Shown piece by piece: positions 63,672 to 64,000 of a stretch of 64,000 bases of DNA. Where the stretch lies: the IMG/VR virus record IMGVR_UViG_3300050119_000072, positions 22,656 to 86,655 of that record. One strand, written 5' to 3'. The DNA comes from a virus. The position numbers were made by a program, and so were the translations under genes. The notes beneath the pieces are model-generated. The model saw only the letters and a list, made by a program, of their open reading frames with translations. It was not told the origin of the DNA and ran no database searches. Numbering within the stretch: position 1 is the first letter of the stretch; every line of letters starts with the position of its first letter.

Positions 63672-64000
63672 GCAAACACAACATGTAGGGGGCTCCAATG
63701 CCGTTGGGTGTCAACCGGATAAGCATGGGTCGGACAATCGGATTGTGGATGCGAAAGGCGTTTGACAGTTTCAAGGAAGGCGCAACGGTCGTCTGTCTTG
63801 TCCCGGCTCGCACTGATACGAATTGGTGGCACGACTACGCGATGAAAGGCGAGATTGAGTTTATCAAAGGCCGTCTAAAGTTCGGCGGCCACAAAAACTC
63901 AGCGCCGTTTCCTTCTGCGGTTGTCGCCTTCGATGATCGCGTGAGAATGTGGAAACATAATTATTGGGATGCCCGTCAAGCATCCCAGTCAAAATAGGAG

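Larger units (their letters stand above)
62537..63727. mobile_element. 1191-bp non-autonomous cargo element (IS1595-like ends)
   Basis: Perfect 24-bp TIR CATGCTTATCCGGTTGACACCCAA; 8-bp TSD GGTCGGAC at 62529-62536 and 63728-63735; no transposase. Confidence 0.92.
62331..63997 (+). pseudogene. dam: Second dam copy interrupted by an insertion
   Basis: 5' part 62331-62536 and 3' part 63728-63997 match copy 1. Confidence 0.9.

Noticed and set aside
62565-63700. Inner imperfect inverted repeat (TGAGACCCACTA versus TAGGGGGCTCCA) suggesting a nested element
   Set aside because: Too short and mismatched to support
1-64000. tRNA, rRNA, CRISPR array, integrase
   Set aside because: None recognised by eye; tRNAscan-SE and a CRISPR finder would be needed to exclude them

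Overview
A GC-rich tailed-phage genome segment, podovirus-like and probably infecting an alphaproteobacterium (host is inferred). In order it carries terS/terL, portal, three units of a Ser/Thr-rich structural gene followed by glycan-related enzymes, scaffold, and an N4-gp56-type major capsid gene split by two group I introns, each with an antisense homing endonuclease. Next come three freestanding antisense HNH genes, adaptor/tail/ejection genes, and a 5142-aa DarB-like polyvalent protein (iPPase, two ParB folds, N6-MTase, SNF2 helicase, RelA/SpoT-like, JAB-like, LPD38-like). After a lysis cassette, two divergent arrays of small accessory genes and DNA methyltransferases flank a resolvase-like gene. 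The most striking signal is a set of five small genes apparently overprinted inside linkers of the giant ORF, each beside an enzymatic domain; one is antisense with its own sigma70 promoter. Also notable are a transposase-less IS1595-like cargo element in a duplicated dam gene and a C5-MTase whose motif IX lies in an alternative frame. All family assignments are by-eye motif recognition; no searches were run.
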